Source: an uncultured Actinomycetota bacterium | GTDB lineage: Bacteria; Actinomycetota; Actinomycetes; JAHEKZ01 | DNA length: 64,000 nt | Reading direction: 5' to 3' | Assembly (NCBI GenBank): GCA_963743915.1 | Contig: CAVURN010000002.1 | Span: 32,001 to 96,000 of the forward strand | Shown: piece after piece, positions 31,317 through 42,841 of the stretch | Layout of the letters: each line of letters begins with the position of its first letter | Position numbering within the stretch: position 1 is the stretch's first letter | Made by a program: the position numbers and the translations under genes | The notes under the pieces: generated by a model | What the model saw: only the letters and a program-made list of their open reading frames with translations | Told to the model about the DNA's origin: nothing | Databases searched by the model: none

Positions 31317-32540
31317 GTGGGAGCATCGCCCCCGTGGAAGCGCCCCGCGGAGGACCTGCTCGTCCGGAACATCGGCCGGCTGCTGCCGATGCGCACCGAC
31401 GCCCACGAGGTGCTCCGCGACGCGGCGGTGGTCGTCCGCGACGGCGTCGTCACCTGGGTCGGTCCGGAGTCGCAGCTCGACGACGCAGACCGTGACCTCG
31501 CCACCCTGGACGCCGACGGGAGGGTGGTCGTCCCCGGCTTCGTCGACCCGCACACCCACCTGGTCTGGGCGGGCACGCGCCGCGAGGAGTTCGTCGCCCG
31601 GTTGGCGGGGACGCCCTACGACGGCGGCGGGATTCGCACCACGGTGGACGCGACGCGCGCCGCGTCCGACGAGCAGCTGTTCGAGCTCGCCGCCGCGCGG
31701 GGCCGACGGATGATCGGCCTGGGCACCACGACCGTCGAGATCAAGACCGGCTACGGCCTCAGCCCTGAGCACGAGCTGCGCTCGCTGGACGTGGCGGCCC
31801 GGCTGGGACGCGAGCTGCCGTGGCAGGTCGAGGCCACCTACCTCGGTGCTCACGTGGTTCCCGCGGGGCGCGAGCGGGAGGAGTACGTCCGCGAGGTCAT
31901 CGCCACCATCCCCGAGGCGGCAGCCCATGGCGCGCGTTGGGTCGACGTGTTCTGTGACGAAGGGGTCTTCACGATCGAGGAGACGCGGCGGATCCTGGTC
32001 GCAGCCCACGAGCACGGGCTGGGGACGCGGCTCCACGCGGAGGAGATCGCCCACACCGGCGCGGCGGACCTCGCCGCCGAGCTCGGGTGCGCCAGCGCTG
32101 ACCACCTCGAGCACGTCACACCGCAGGGAGCCGCAGCCATGGCGTCCGCCGGTGTCGTGGGGGTGCTGCTGCCGACCGTCACACTCTCGCTGCGCACCTT
32201 CGCGTTCAGCCAGTACGCCGTGCTCCGCGACGCCGGTGTGTCGCTCGCGCTGTCGACGGACTGCAACCCGGGTACGTCGTGGTGCGAGTCCATGCCGTAC
32301 GTGGTGCAGCTCGCCTGCCTCGTGTACGGGATGCCTGTGCCGGACGCGCTATGGGCCGCCACCCGAGGGGGAGCAGCCGCCCTTCGACGCGACGACGTCG
32401 GACGCGTGGACGTCGGGCACCCAGGTGACCTGGCCGTCCTCGATGTCGAGCACGAGGCTGACCTGGTCGCGCACCTTGGCACCGCGGGCTGCGCCGCCAC
32501 GGTGCTCGGGGGCCAGATCTGGGCACCGCCCGCTGGCTAG
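31317..32540 (+). CDS. hutI: Imidazolonepropionase
   Basis: PGFVDPHTHLV, GGGIRTTV, EIKTGYGL, DVFCD, LHAEE, SADHLE, STDCNPGTS. Confidence 0.92.
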   Translation: MGASPPWKRPAEDLLVRNIGRLLPMRTDAHEVLRDAAVVVRDGVVTWVGPESQLDDADRDLATLDADGRVVVPGFVDPHTHLVWAGTRREEFVARLAGTPYDGGGIRTTVDATRAASDEQLFELAAARGRRMIGLGTTTVEIKTGYGLSPEHELRSLDVAARLGRELPWQVEATYLGAHVVPAGREREEYVREVIATIPEAAAHGARWVDVFCDEGVFTIEETRRILVAAHEHGLGTRLHAEEIAHTGAADLAAELGCASADHLEHVTPQGAAAMASAGVVGVLLPTVTLSLRTFAFSQYAVLRDAGVSLALSTDCNPGTSWCESMPYVVQLACLVYGMPVPDALWAATRGGAAALRRDDVGRVDVGHPGDLAVLDVEHEADLVAHLGTAGCAATVLGGQIWAPPAG

Positions 32541-32546
32541 GGTGAC

Positions 32547-32984
32547 GTGATGAGCGCTGCCGACGAAGGGCGGGACGAGGCCTCCGACCCGCCGGGCCCG
32601 GACTGGCTGTACCGGTGGCGCATGCGGCTCATCGGCCAGAGCCGGGCACGACAGCTGGCCTGGCGGATCTTCATCACCGTCCTGGGTGGGGCGATCACGC
32701 TCGCTGGGATCGGCATGCTGGCCCTCCCGGGGCCGGGATGGGCCGTCATCTTCCTCGGCCTGGCCGTCCTCGCCTCCGAGTACGTCTGGGCTCGACGCCT
32801 CCTGCGCTACACCAAGGACCGGGCGCAAGGTGCCGCCTCGACGGTGCTGGCGAAGGAGAACCGCGCCCTCGCTCTGAGCCTGCTGCTTGTCGTACTGCTG
32901 CTCGTGGCTGCGCTCGTCTCGTGGTACGTCTACCGCTACGGATGGACCCTCGATGGCGCCCTCGGGTGGTTCGGGCTCAACTGA
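32547..32984 (+). CDS. TIGR02611/PGPGW family membrane protein
   Basis: LPGPGWAVIFLGLAVLASEYVWARR; lies just before tRNA-Val. Confidence 0.8.
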   Translation: MMSAADEGRDEASDPPGPDWLYRWRMRLIGQSRARQLAWRIFITVLGGAITLAGIGMLALPGPGWAVIFLGLAVLASEYVWARRLLRYTKDRAQGAASTVLAKENRALALSLLLVVLLLVAALVSWYVYRYGWTLDGALGWFGLN

Positions 32985-33037
32985 CGCGCTGCGCTAGGCT
33001 GCTGCGGCACCCAGAGACCTCGTCGGTCGCGGGTCCA

Positions 33038-33114
33038 GGGCGGTTAGCTCAGTTGGTTAGAGCGCTTCGTTCACACCGAAGAGGTCGGCGGTTCGAGTCC
33101 GCCATCGCCCACCA
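33038..33114 (+). tRNA. tRNA-Val(CAC)
   Basis: GGGCGGT/ATCGCCC-ACCA; anticodon arm CTTCG-TTCACAC-CGAAG. Confidence 0.95.
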
Positions 33115-33139
33115 CGAGGCGCGCAGTTGAGAATGGAGC

Positions 33140-33616
33140 ATGCACTCCGTCCGCGAGCTCTCCACCCCGGATTCCGGTGATCTTGGAGCACTTGCCGACC
33201 TCTTCGACCTGTACCGGATCCACTACGGCCAGGCGGCTGAGCCCGGCCGATCAGCGCCTTGGCTGGCAGACCAGCTCCAGACGGGACGGTTGAAGATTTT
33301 CGTGGCCGAGCGGAACTCGGCGATGGTGGGCTTCGCGACCGCGGCTCCGATTCCTGCGTCGCTGCGGCTCGGCCACTGGTGGCAGATCCGTGACCTGTTC
33401 GTCGCGCCGGAGCAGCGTCGCCTCGGCATCGCTCTCTCCCTGCTGGACGCCATCCGCACAGCAGCCGAGGCGTCGGGAGCATTGCGACTGGGTCTGCAGA
33501 CCGAAGTGGACAACGCATCGGCCTTGGCGCTCTACCGCGAGGCCGGGTACACGTCCGTCATGGGCTATCGGGGTCTGACGCTTCCCTTGGACGGTGCTGC
33601 TGTCAGCTCGGGGTGA
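33140..33616 (+). CDS. GNAT N-acetyltransferase
   Basis: DLFVAPEQRRLGIA (motif A) and NASALALYREAGY (motif B). Confidence 0.85.
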   Translation: MHSVRELSTPDSGDLGALADLFDLYRIHYGQAAEPGRSAPWLADQLQTGRLKIFVAERNSAMVGFATAAPIPASLRLGHWWQIRDLFVAPEQRRLGIALSLLDAIRTAAEASGALRLGLQTEVDNASALALYREAGYTSVMGYRGLTLPLDGAAVSSG

Positions 33617-34745
33617 TGACCCGGACCACGGAGTTGAAGGTGTCGGCGATGATGAGACGACCTTGGTCGTCGACCGTCAGGCCGCGTGGGTTGTAGAAGC
33701 GGGCCGCCGAGGCAGGACCGCCGTCGCCGCTGAACCCGCTGGGCCCGCCCGCCACGGTGGAGATGATGCCGGTCGACAGGTCCAGCTTGCGGATCCGGTG
33801 GTTGCCCGAGTCGGCGACGTACAGCGTGCCGTCCCCGTCGAGGGCCACTCCACGAGGCTTGCGGAGCAGCGCCGCGGTGCCCTGCCCGCCGTCGCCGCCG
33901 AAGCCCGCCGCGCCGCGTCCGGCCACCGTGGTGATCACACCGGTCTGCGCATCGACGCGACGGACGCGGTTGTTGCCGGAGTCCGCGATGTAGATGTTTC
34001 CGACCGAGTCGATCGCGATGCGCTGGGGTGAGTTCAGTCGAGCAGCCAAGGCCGAGCCACCGTCCCCGCTGTACCCGACCACACCGGTGCCCGCGACCGT
34101 CGTCACGATGCCGGTCGTGAGGTCGAGCCTGCGCACTCTGTTGCTGAGGTCGGCGACGAAGAGCGCGCCGCCGAAGAGTGCGACGGACTTGGGGTTCTTC
34201 AGCTGCGACCTCGTCCCCAGCACGCCATCGGCGCCGATTCCGGCCGCCCCGGTTCCCAGGACGGTCGTGATGATCCCCGTGGTCGCGTCGATGCGGCGGA
34301 CGCGGTGGTGCGCCGAGTCGGCAAGGTAGATCGTCCCGTCATCGGCGACCGTGACGTCGTGCGGCCACTTCAGCCGCGCCTGGGTGGCCAGGATGTTGTC
34401 TCCGTTGTAGGCCGTCCCACCGGTCCCGGCCACCGTGGTGATGATCCCGGTGACCGCGTCGATCCGGCGGATCCGCTGGTTGTAGGTGTCCGCCACGTAG
34501 AGGGAGCCGTCCGGACCCATGGCGGTGTCGCGCGGCAGGTTGACGTTGGCGCTCAGCGCCGAACCACCGTCACCGGAGAACGTCTGCGCGCCGGTTCCGG
34601 CCACCCGGCTGACCGTGTCGGTCGGCACCACGGCGTCGGCGTGTACCAGCGGCAGCACACCCACTGTCAGCGCGACCACCGCCAGCAGCAGGGTGCGCGC
34701 AGCGCCGGCCCTGATGGCAGGGGCGGTGCGGGTGGTCGGCAGCAT
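33603..34745 (-). CDS. Secreted NHL-repeat beta-propeller protein
   Basis: Signal peptide, then about six ~56-aa repeats (GDGG.A..A.L..P..VA.D.G.LYVADS.N.RIRRID..TGIITTVAG). Confidence 0.82.
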   Translation of the reverse strand: MLPTTRTAPAIRAGAARTLLLAVVALTVGVLPLVHADAVVPTDTVSRVAGTGAQTFSGDGGSALSANVNLPRDTAMGPDGSLYVADTYNQRIRRIDAVTGIITTVAGTGGTAYNGDNILATQARLKWPHDVTVADDGTIYLADSAHHRVRRIDATTGIITTVLGTGAAGIGADGVLGTRSQLKNPKSVALFGGALFVADLSNRVRRLDLTTGIVTTVAGTGVVGYSGDGGSALAARLNSPQRIAIDSVGNIYIADSGNNRVRRVDAQTGVITTVAGRGAAGFGGDGGQGTAALLRKPRGVALDGDGTLYVADSGNHRIRKLDLSTGIISTVAGGPSGFSGDGGPASAARFYNPRGLTVDDQGRLIIADTFNSVVRVITPS

Positions 34746-34843
34746 CGCTGTTCCCTTCGTCGTACGTCGTTCCACGATGGGGGGTGGGCTTACTCCGTCG
34801 CAAGCGGATCGACAGAAGTAACAGGGCCACTACTCTCTGTGCG

Positions 34844-35914
34844 ATGGACGTCGACGCCTTCGACCGCTATCTCCAGAGCCGCAGTGACGCCGATCTCTTC
34901 GCAGGCGTGGTCCGTCTCGAGCAGGACCAGCCGGACGGCACCGCGGTGACGCTGCTGGAGAAGGGTTACGGACTCGCCAGCCGCGCTTGGCAGATTCCGT
35001 GCACGCCGGACATCCGCTTCGACACCGCCTCGATCACCAAGCTGTTCACCGCGGTGGCAGTGCTGCAGCAGGTCGAAGCAGGAGCGTTCGGGCTCGACAC
35101 CTCGGTGACGGACTACCTCGGTCTCACCGGGACGCAGATCTCCGCGGACGTGACGCCCTACCACCTGCTCACCCACAGCTCCGGGATCGCCGACGACGCG
35201 GACGAGGAGGCGGGCGAGGAGTACGAGGACCTCTTTCGCGACCGCCCCAACTACGCGGTCCGGGTGACCAGGGACTTCCTGCCCAGCTTCGTGCACAAGA
35301 AGCCGAACTTCCCGCCCGGTCAGGGATGCCGCTACTGCAACGTCAGCTACGTGCTGCTCGGGCTGATGGTCGAGGTCGCGACGGGACGCTCCTACCGCGA
35401 GTACGTGACCGACCGGGTGTTCGTCCCGGCGGGCATGAAGGACGCGCTCTTCGCCTCCATGGACGTCGTCACCCCGCGGATCGCGGAAGGAGCGGAGCCG
35501 CTGCACGACGACGACGGAGCGACCGTCGGGTGGCGCCGGAACATCTACTCCTACCCTCCGATCGGCTCTCCCGACGGCGGCGCGCATGTGACGGCAGGGG
35601 ACCTCGTGGCCTTCCACGACGCGCTGCGCTCCGAGCGGTTGCTGTCCGCCGAGATGACCGAGGCCATGCTCCGGCCTCACGTCCGCAAGGCTCCGCGAGG
35701 AACCGGTACCCACCACGCCGGCTTCGGGCTCGAGTTCGCCACGGATGCCAAGGGCGAAGTGACGGCCTACTGGAAGGAGGGGATGAACGTGGGGGTGAGC
35801 GGCATCCTGAGCCACTACCCGTCCTCGGGCATCACCATGGTCATCCTCAGCACCCTCCAGGACGGGGCCTGGGAGCCACGGGCAGATCTCGAAGCGCTGC
35901 TCGGGGTGGACTGA
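34844..35914 (+). CDS. Serine hydrolase, beta-lactamase class C/AmpC-like
   Basis: SxxK (ASITK), LLTHSSG, YCN. Confidence 0.85.
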   Translation: MDVDAFDRYLQSRSDADLFAGVVRLEQDQPDGTAVTLLEKGYGLASRAWQIPCTPDIRFDTASITKLFTAVAVLQQVEAGAFGLDTSVTDYLGLTGTQISADVTPYHLLTHSSGIADDADEEAGEEYEDLFRDRPNYAVRVTRDFLPSFVHKKPNFPPGQGCRYCNVSYVLLGLMVEVATGRSYREYVTDRVFVPAGMKDALFASMDVVTPRIAEGAEPLHDDDGATVGWRRNIYSYPPIGSPDGGAHVTAGDLVAFHDALRSERLLSAEMTEAMLRPHVRKAPRGTGTHHAGFGLEFATDAKGEVTAYWKEGMNVGVSGILSHYPSSGITMVILSTLQDGAWEPRADLEALLGVD

Positions 35915-35980
35915 CCCGCTGCTCGGCGCGTCCGCGCGGCGGTGGTTGTGCCGACCCGACTCACCCCGCAAGGTGGGTGC

Positions 35981-37211
35981 ATGCAACCTCGTGGGATCGC
36001 CGCTGCTGCCGTTGCCGCTGCCTTGGTGCTGGGGGTGACCTCCGTCGCTCCCGGCGCCGCTGACGTCGCCAACCCGCCCGCGCAACGGTCGAGCCCCGCC
36101 GCAACCGCCACCGAGCGCGCGCCGCTGCGCGCCTTCGACGTGCGATGGCGTCGCGTGGTCTCCGGTCTCTCCGCCCCGACCGAGGTCACCTCGGCCCCGG
36201 ACGGCCGCAAGCGGCTCTTCGTCGTCGAGAAGGGGGGCACCGTCCGGATCGTGCGGAAGGGCAACGTCGTCGGACGCCCCTACCTCTCGATCGGCGGGCG
36301 GATCGACGCGTCCGGCGAGGGCGGGCTGCTGTCGGTCGCGTTCAGCCCCACCTTCCGGAGGGACGGACTTCTCTTCCTCACGTACGTGAGTGATGGCGAC
36401 GGGGACCTGGTGGTCGGCCGGATGAAGGCCCGCCGGCCGGGCGCCACGCACGTCCGCGCGCAGACCCTCAAAACGGTGCTCCGGGTCAACCACCCGGTGA
36501 ACGACAACCACTACGGGGGCCAGCTCGCGTTCGACTCCCAGCGCCGCCTCTACGTCGGCGTCGGCGACGGAGGTGGCGGAGGTGACCCGTTCAACGCGGC
36601 CGGTGACCGCTCGGACCTGCGCGGCAAGATCCTGCGCGTCGACCCGTTCTCGTCGTGCGCCGACCGGCGCTACTGCGTACCGAGCGACAACCCGTTCGTG
36701 GGCCGGAAGGGCAAGGACGAGATCTGGCTGATGGGTCTGCGGAACCCGTGGCGCTTCAGCATCGACCCCCGCACCCAGAAGCTGTGGATCGGTGACGTCG
36801 GCCAAGACGCCTGGGAGGAGGTCGACGTGGTCGGCCCGAACCCACGCCGCATCCACCTCGGCTGGTCGTGCAAGGAGGGTCGCGCGACGTACAACGCGAC
36901 CCGTTGTCGGCCCCTCTGTCGACTACCTCGGGCCCGCGGCCGTCGTGCCCCACCCGCAGGGGGAGTCCATCACCGGCGGCTACGTGTACCGCGGCGAGCG
37001 TTACCGCGCCCGGATCGGCGGTGCGTACGTCTTTGCCGACTTCGTCACCCGGCGGGTGTGGCTCTACCGGGAGGGCACCGGCAAGGTGCTGCAGGACGCA
37101 CGGTTGGGCACCGGAGGAGGACCCACCTCCTTCGGGCGCGACGACCGCGGCGAGATCTATGCGGTCACCTACGACGGCGTCCTGTGGCGGATGCACGTCA
37201 GGAGGGGCTGA
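35981..37211 (+). CDS. Secreted PQQ-dependent sugar (glucose/sorbosone) dehydrogenase family (frameshift near 36910)
   Basis: GEGGLLSVAF, NHYGGQLAF, GDGG, GLRNPWRFS; SITGGYVYRG..FADF in the next frame. Confidence 0.8.
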
Positions 37212-37294
37212 CGGCAGACAACTGACGCGAGAGGACCGCGTCCTCCTCGATACGATCGACGAGGCAGCCACCCGCAACGACCCGAGGAGTCCCC

Positions 37295-39286
37295 GTGTCC
37301 GACCTTCGCATCACCGTTGCCGGCAACGCGCAACAGGTGGCGTCGGGCACCACCGCGGCTGATCTGTTCGTCGACGACCGTACGGTGGTCGTGGCCCGCG
37401 TCAACGGAGAGCTGCGTGACCTCGACCGTCCGCTGGCCGACGGTGACGTGGTCGAGCCGGTGACGCTCGACTCCGAGGACGGCCTGGCCGTGCTGCGCCA
37501 CTCGTGCGCGCACGTGCTCGCACAGGCGGTCCAGGACACCTTTGCCGACGCCAAGCTCGGCATCGGACCGCCGATCCAGGACGGCTTCTACTACGACTTC
37601 GACGTCGACACGCCCTTCCACCCCGACGACCTCAAGCGCCTCGAGAAGCGCATGCAGCAGATCATCAAGTCCGGCCAGCGCTTCGGACGCCGGGTGGTCA
37701 CCGAGGAGCAGGCACGCGCCGAGCTCGTCGACGAGCCGTACAAGCTCGAGCTCATCGGTCTCAAGGGCGGCGGTCCCGTCGACGCCGACGTGATGGAGGT
37801 CGGTGGCGCAGAGCTGACGATCTACGAGAACGTCGACGCCAGGAGCGGTGAGCGCCAGTGGCAGGACCTCTGTCGCGGCCCTCACCTGCCGTCGACGCGT
37901 CAGATCCCGGCGTTCAAGCTGATGCGCACCGCTGCCGCCTACTGGCGAGGGAGCGAGAAGAACCCGCAGCTGCAGCGCATCTACGGCACCGCGTGGCCGA
38001 GCAAGGACGCGCCAGGCGAGCTACCTGAACTTCCTGGAGGAGGCCGAGAAGCGCGACCACCGCCGACTCGGCACCGAGCTCGACCTCTTCAGCTTCCCGG
38101 AGGAGATCGGCTCGGGGCTCGCGGTCTTCCACCCCAAGGGTGGCGTCGTGCGCAAGGTGATGGAGGACTACTCGCGCGTCCGCCACGAGCAGGCGGGCTA
38201 CGAGTTCGTCTACTCGCCGCACATCACCAAGCAGGCGCTCTTCGAGACCTCCGGGCACCTCGACTGGTACGCCGACGGCATGTACCCGCCGATGCACCTC
38301 GACGCCGACTACGACGACGACGGGAACGTCCGGCGACCGGGGCAGAACTACTACCTCAAGCCGATGAACTGCCCGTTCCACAACCTGATCTTCCGGTCCC
38401 GCGGTCGCTCGTACCGCGAGCTGCCGCTGCGGCTCTTCGAGTTCGGGTCGGTCTACCGGTACGAGAAGTCCGGGGTGGTGCACGGCCTCACCCGGGTCCG
38501 GGGGATGACGCAGGACGACGCGCACATCTACTGCACGAAGGAGCAGATGCCGGCAGAGCTCGACAGCCTGCTCACCTTCGTGCTCGACCTGCTGCGCGAC
38601 TACGGCCTCGACGACTTCTACCTCGAGCTCTCCACGCGCGACCCCGAGAAGTTCGTCGGCACCGACGCCGAGTGGGCGGAAGCCACGGAGACGCTTCGGC
38701 TGGCCGCGGAGAAGCAGGATCTCGACCTGCGTCATGGACGAGGGCGGCGCCGCCTTCTACGGACCGAAGATCTCGGTTCAGGCCAAGGATGCGATCGGAC
38801 GCACCTGGCAGATGTCGACGATCCAGGTCGACTTCCAGCTGCCGCAGCGCTTCGAGCTGGAGTACCAGGCCGCCGACGGGACCCGGCAGCAGCCGGTGAT
38901 GATCCACCGCGCGCTCTTCGGGTCGATCGAGCGCTTCTTCGGGGTGCTGCTCGAGCACTACGCCGGCGCCTTCCCTGCCTGGCTCGCGCCGGTCCAGGTC
39001 GTCGGCATCCCGATCTCCGACGCCCACGTCGACTACCTTGCCGAGGTCGTCGCCGCAGCTGCGCGCGCAGGGGATCCGCGTCGAGGTCGACGCGTCCGAC
39101 GACCGGATGCAGAAGAAGATCCGGACCGCGCAGAAGCAGAAGGTGCCCTACATGCTGATCGCCGGCGACGAGGACGTCGGCCAGGGTGCAGTCTCGTTCC
39201 GCTTCCGTGACGGCAGCCAGGAGAACGGGATCCCGGTCGCGGACGCGGTCGCGCGCATCGTCGCCGACGTCGCGGCCCGACGGTAG
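37295..39286 (+). CDS. thrS: Threonyl-tRNA synthetase (frameshifts near 38010, 38730, 39055)
   Basis: [59 protein letters not shown]. Confidence 0.93.
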
Positions 39287-39296
39287 GACGATCGCG

Positions 39297-39827
39297 GTGG
39301 CGTCGGACGACATGGCATCAGGCTCTGGACTCCGGACCGCCTCGCCTACATCCAGGGCGAGAACCGCCCCGACTCCGACGAGGCGGGGGACGACCTGCCC
39401 CTTCTGCCGGGCACCGAGCGACCCTGAGGAGTCGTCGCTCGTGGTGCACCGCGGGGAGCACGCCTACGTCGTCCTCAACCTCTACCCGTACAACCCCGGG
39501 CACGCACTGGTCTGCACCTACCGTCACGTGGCCGCCTACGTCGACCTGTCCGCTGCCGAGCGCCACGAGGTGGCCGACCTGACCCGTCAGACGGTCCTGG
39601 CGCTGCAGGCGGCGTCCGCGCCGCACGGCTTCAACCTCGGCATGAACCAGGGCTCCGTGGGAGGCGCGGGGATCGCCGCGCACCTGCACCAGCACGTGGT
39701 CCCGCGCTGGGGTGGCGACACCAACTTCATGCCGGTGGTGGCTCAGACCAAGGTGATGCCGCAGTCACTTCCCGACACCCGCGACGCCCTCCGCGCGGCC
39801 TGGCCGAGCGACCAGCCGTCCGGGTAG
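39297..39827 (+). CDS. HIT family Ap4A phosphorylase-like protein
   Basis: CPFC, LNLYPYNPGH, HLHQHVVPRW; the conserved RLWTP..AYI segment lies in a shifted frame at 39320-39395. Confidence 0.85.
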   Translation: MASDDMASGSGLRTASPTSRARTAPTPTRRGTTCPFCRAPSDPEESSLVVHRGEHAYVVLNLYPYNPGHALVCTYRHVAAYVDLSAAERHEVADLTRQTVLALQAASAPHGFNLGMNQGSVGGAGIAAHLHQHVVPRWGGDTNFMPVVAQTKVMPQSLPDTRDALRAAWPSDQPSG

Positions 39828-39845
39828 ACCACGTGCGGCATGACG

Positions 39846-41994
39846 TCACCGCTGCGACTCGGCCTGCACCTTTGTCGCCACCTGTGGAGGCATCGGTTCG
39901 TGCCGCACGTACCGACGGGTGAAGGTGCCGGTGCCGTGCGACATCGAGCGCAGGTCGATGGCGTAGCGCACGATCTCCATCTGCGGCACCTCGGCCCGGA
40001 CGAGGGTGCGACCGCCACCGCCGACCGGTTCGGTGCCGACCACGTGGCCCCGGCGCGACGAGAGGTCACCCATGACGGCACCCACGTAGTCGTCGTCGAC
40101 CAGCACCGCGACCTCGTCGTACGGCTCGAGGAGCGACACCTGCGTGTGCTCGGCCGCGTCGCGAAGGGCGAGGCCACCGGCCATCTGGAACGCCATGTCC
40201 GACGAGTCGACCGAGTGGGCCTTGCCGTCGACCAGGGTCACCCGGATGTCGACGACGGGGTAGCCGGCTGACACGCCTTTCTCCATCTGTGCCCGGACAC
40301 CCTTCTCGACGCTCGGGATGAACTGCCGCGGGACGCTTCCCCCCACCACCTTGTCGACGAACTCGAAACCAGTGCCCTGCGGCAGCGGTTCCACCTCGAT
40401 GTCGCACACGGCGAACTGGCCGTGTCCGCCGGACTGCTTGACGTGGCGTCCGTGGCCCTTGGACGAGGCGGCGAACGACTCGCGCAGCGAGACGCGCAAC
40501 GGGACGGTGTCGACCGAGACCCCGTAGCGGTTGGCCAGTCGGTCGAGGAGCACGTCGATGTGTGCCTCGCCCATGGTCCAGAGCACCACCTGCCCGGTCT
40601 CGGCGCTGTGGTCGAGGCGGATCGTCGGGTCCTCGGCGACGAGCCGACCGAGCCCCTGGGAGAGCTTGTCCTCGTCGGCCTTGCTGCGGGCCACGATGGC
40701 GATCGGCAGGAGGGGCTCGGGCATCTGCCACGGCTCCATGAGCAGCGGGGTCTCCTTGTCCGACAACGTGTCACCGGTCTCGGCCCTGGTCAGCTTGGCG
40801 ACGGCGCAGACGTCACCGGCGATGGCCTTGGTGAGGGTGCGCTGGACCTTGCCCAGCGGGGACGAGATCGCCCCGACCTTCTCGTCGACGTCGTGGTCCT
40901 CGTGGCCCGCGGTCCTCCATGCCGTGCCCCGAGACGTGGAGCACGGTGTCGGGTCGGAGCGTCCCGCTGAACACCCGGACCAGGCTGATGCGTCCGACGT
41001 AGGGGTCGCTGACGGTCTTGACCACCTCCGCGACCAGTGGGCCGTTGACGTCAGGAGACAGTGGCCCCCGTGGGTCGCCGCCGGGAGTGGTCACCGGCGG
41101 GACGGTGTGCTCCAGCGGGCTCGGGAAACCGCGCGTCATGACCTCGAGCAGCTCCGGCAGCCCCATGCCGGTGGAGGCCGCCACCGGGACCACCGGGTAG
41201 AACGACCCCCGTGCGACCGCCTTCTCCAGGTCGGTGATCAAGGTCTCGAGGTCGATGTCCTCGCCACCGAGGTAGCGGTCCATCAAGGTCTCGTCCTCGC
41301 TCTCGGCGATGATCGCCTCGATGAGCGCGGCGCGGGCCGGCTCGATCAGCTCGACGTGCTGCGGCTCCGGCTCCCGTTCGACCCTGGTCCCGGACGAGTA
41401 GTCGTCGACGCGCTGCGACAGCAGCGCGATGAGTCCGGCCACCGAGTCGTCGTCGGCGAGCATGGGCAGGTACAACGGCATGACCCCGTCGCCGAAGGCC
41501 GTCTGCGCTGAGGTCAGTGCCTCGTCGTAGTCGGCGCGCGGGGCGTCCAGCTTGGTGACGACCACCGCCCGAGGCATGCCGACGGCACCGCACTCCTCCC
41601 AGAGCTGGCGGGTGGTGCCGTCGACGCCGTCCGTCGCGGCGATCACGAAGAGCGCCGCGTCGGCGGCCCGGAGTCCGGCCCGCAGGTCGCCGACGAAGTC
41701 GGCGTAGCCGGGGGTGTCGAGCAGGTTGACCTTGACGCCGTCGTGGACCAGCGGTGCCAGGCTGAGGGAGACACTGCGCTGCTGGCGGTGCTCGGCCTCG
41801 TCGAAGTCGGACACCGTGGTGCCGTCCTCGACGCGGCCCGCGCGGGTGATGGTTCCGGTGGCGGCCAGCAACGCCTCGACCAGTGTGGTCTTGCCTGCTC
41901 CGCTGTGACCCACGAGGACCACGTTGCGGATCTCGGCCGGGTTGCTGACCGCTGGTGCAGCGCCGCCGCCGACGCCACCTCCCTTGTCTGCCAT
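39846..41994 (-). CDS. Elongation factor G-like protein EF-G2 (frameshift near 40900)
   Basis: GHSGAGKTT, DTPGYADF, KQSGGHGQFA, DGKAHSVDSSDMAF, DLRSMSHGTG. Confidence 0.88.
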
Positions 41995-42216
41995 GGCGTG
42001 CTCCTTCGCTCGGGGAGCGGCTCGTCCACGCCTGGTGTGGCCCTGACGTGGGCCCTGGTGTGGACTCAGCCGCTTCGGCACCCCACCTTGGTCGCCCCGG
42101 GACCTGGGGGCAAGGGACCAACGGACCGACCCCTGCCGTGGCCGCTCCGGTCGCTACCCTCGCCTGAAGAGCGGCGCCGGACCTGCGGCACCCTCGGAGC
42201 GGACGGGAGCGGCGGC

Positions 42217-42837
42217 GTGGGCGGGTTCACCGACTCCGGGCGCGTGGTCGCGGGTCGGGTGTTCACCCCCGTGGCGCGGGTGCTGCTCCGGCTCGGGGTC
42301 AGTCCGGACGCCGTGACCGTGGTCGGGACGGTCGGGACCGCCGTCGCGGCCCTGTACTTCTTCCCGCGCGGCGACCTGCTCGTCGGGCACCCTGGTGATC
42401 TGCCTCTTCGTCTTCTCCGACTCGCTCGACGGCACGATGGCGCGACTCGCCGGTCGACCCTCGACCTGGGGCGCCTTCCTCGACTCGACGCTCGACCGCG
42501 TCGCCGACGCGGCGATCTTCTGCGGCCTCGCCCTGTGGTACGCGGGCGACGGCGACGACCTGACGATGGCGGCGGTGACTCTGGCGGCGCTGGTCGGGGG
42601 ACTCCTCGTGTCCTACGCCCGGGCACGCGCGGAGGGGCTGGGCGCGGACGCGAGCACCGGAATCGCCGAGCGGACCGAGCGACTCGTGCTGACCCTGGCC
42701 GCGGCTGGACTGAGCGGCATCTTCGATGCGCCATGGATCCTGGCAGGCCGGGACTGATCATCGTGGCTGCTCTGGCCTGGGTGACCGTGCTCCAGCGGAT
42801 CTGGGCGGTTCGCAGCCAGCTCCTCGTCCGAGGCTGA
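42217..42837 (+). CDS. pgsA: Phosphatidylinositol-phosphate synthase (frameshifts near 42390, 42750)
   Basis: GVSPDAVT; DSLDGTMAR..GAFLDSTLDRVAD CDP-alcohol motif; VSYARARAE. Confidence 0.85.
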   Translation: MGGFTDSGRVVAGRVFTPVARVLLRLGVSPDAVTVVGTVGTAVAALYFFPRGDLLVGHPGDLPLRLLRLARRHDGATRRSTLDLGRLPRLDARPRRRRGDLLRPRPVVRGRRRRPDDGGGDSGGAGRGTPRVLRPGTRGGAGRGREHRNRRADRATRADPGRGWTERHLRCAMDPGRPGLIIVAALAWVTVLQRIWAVRSQLLVRG

Positions 42838-42841
42838 CGCG

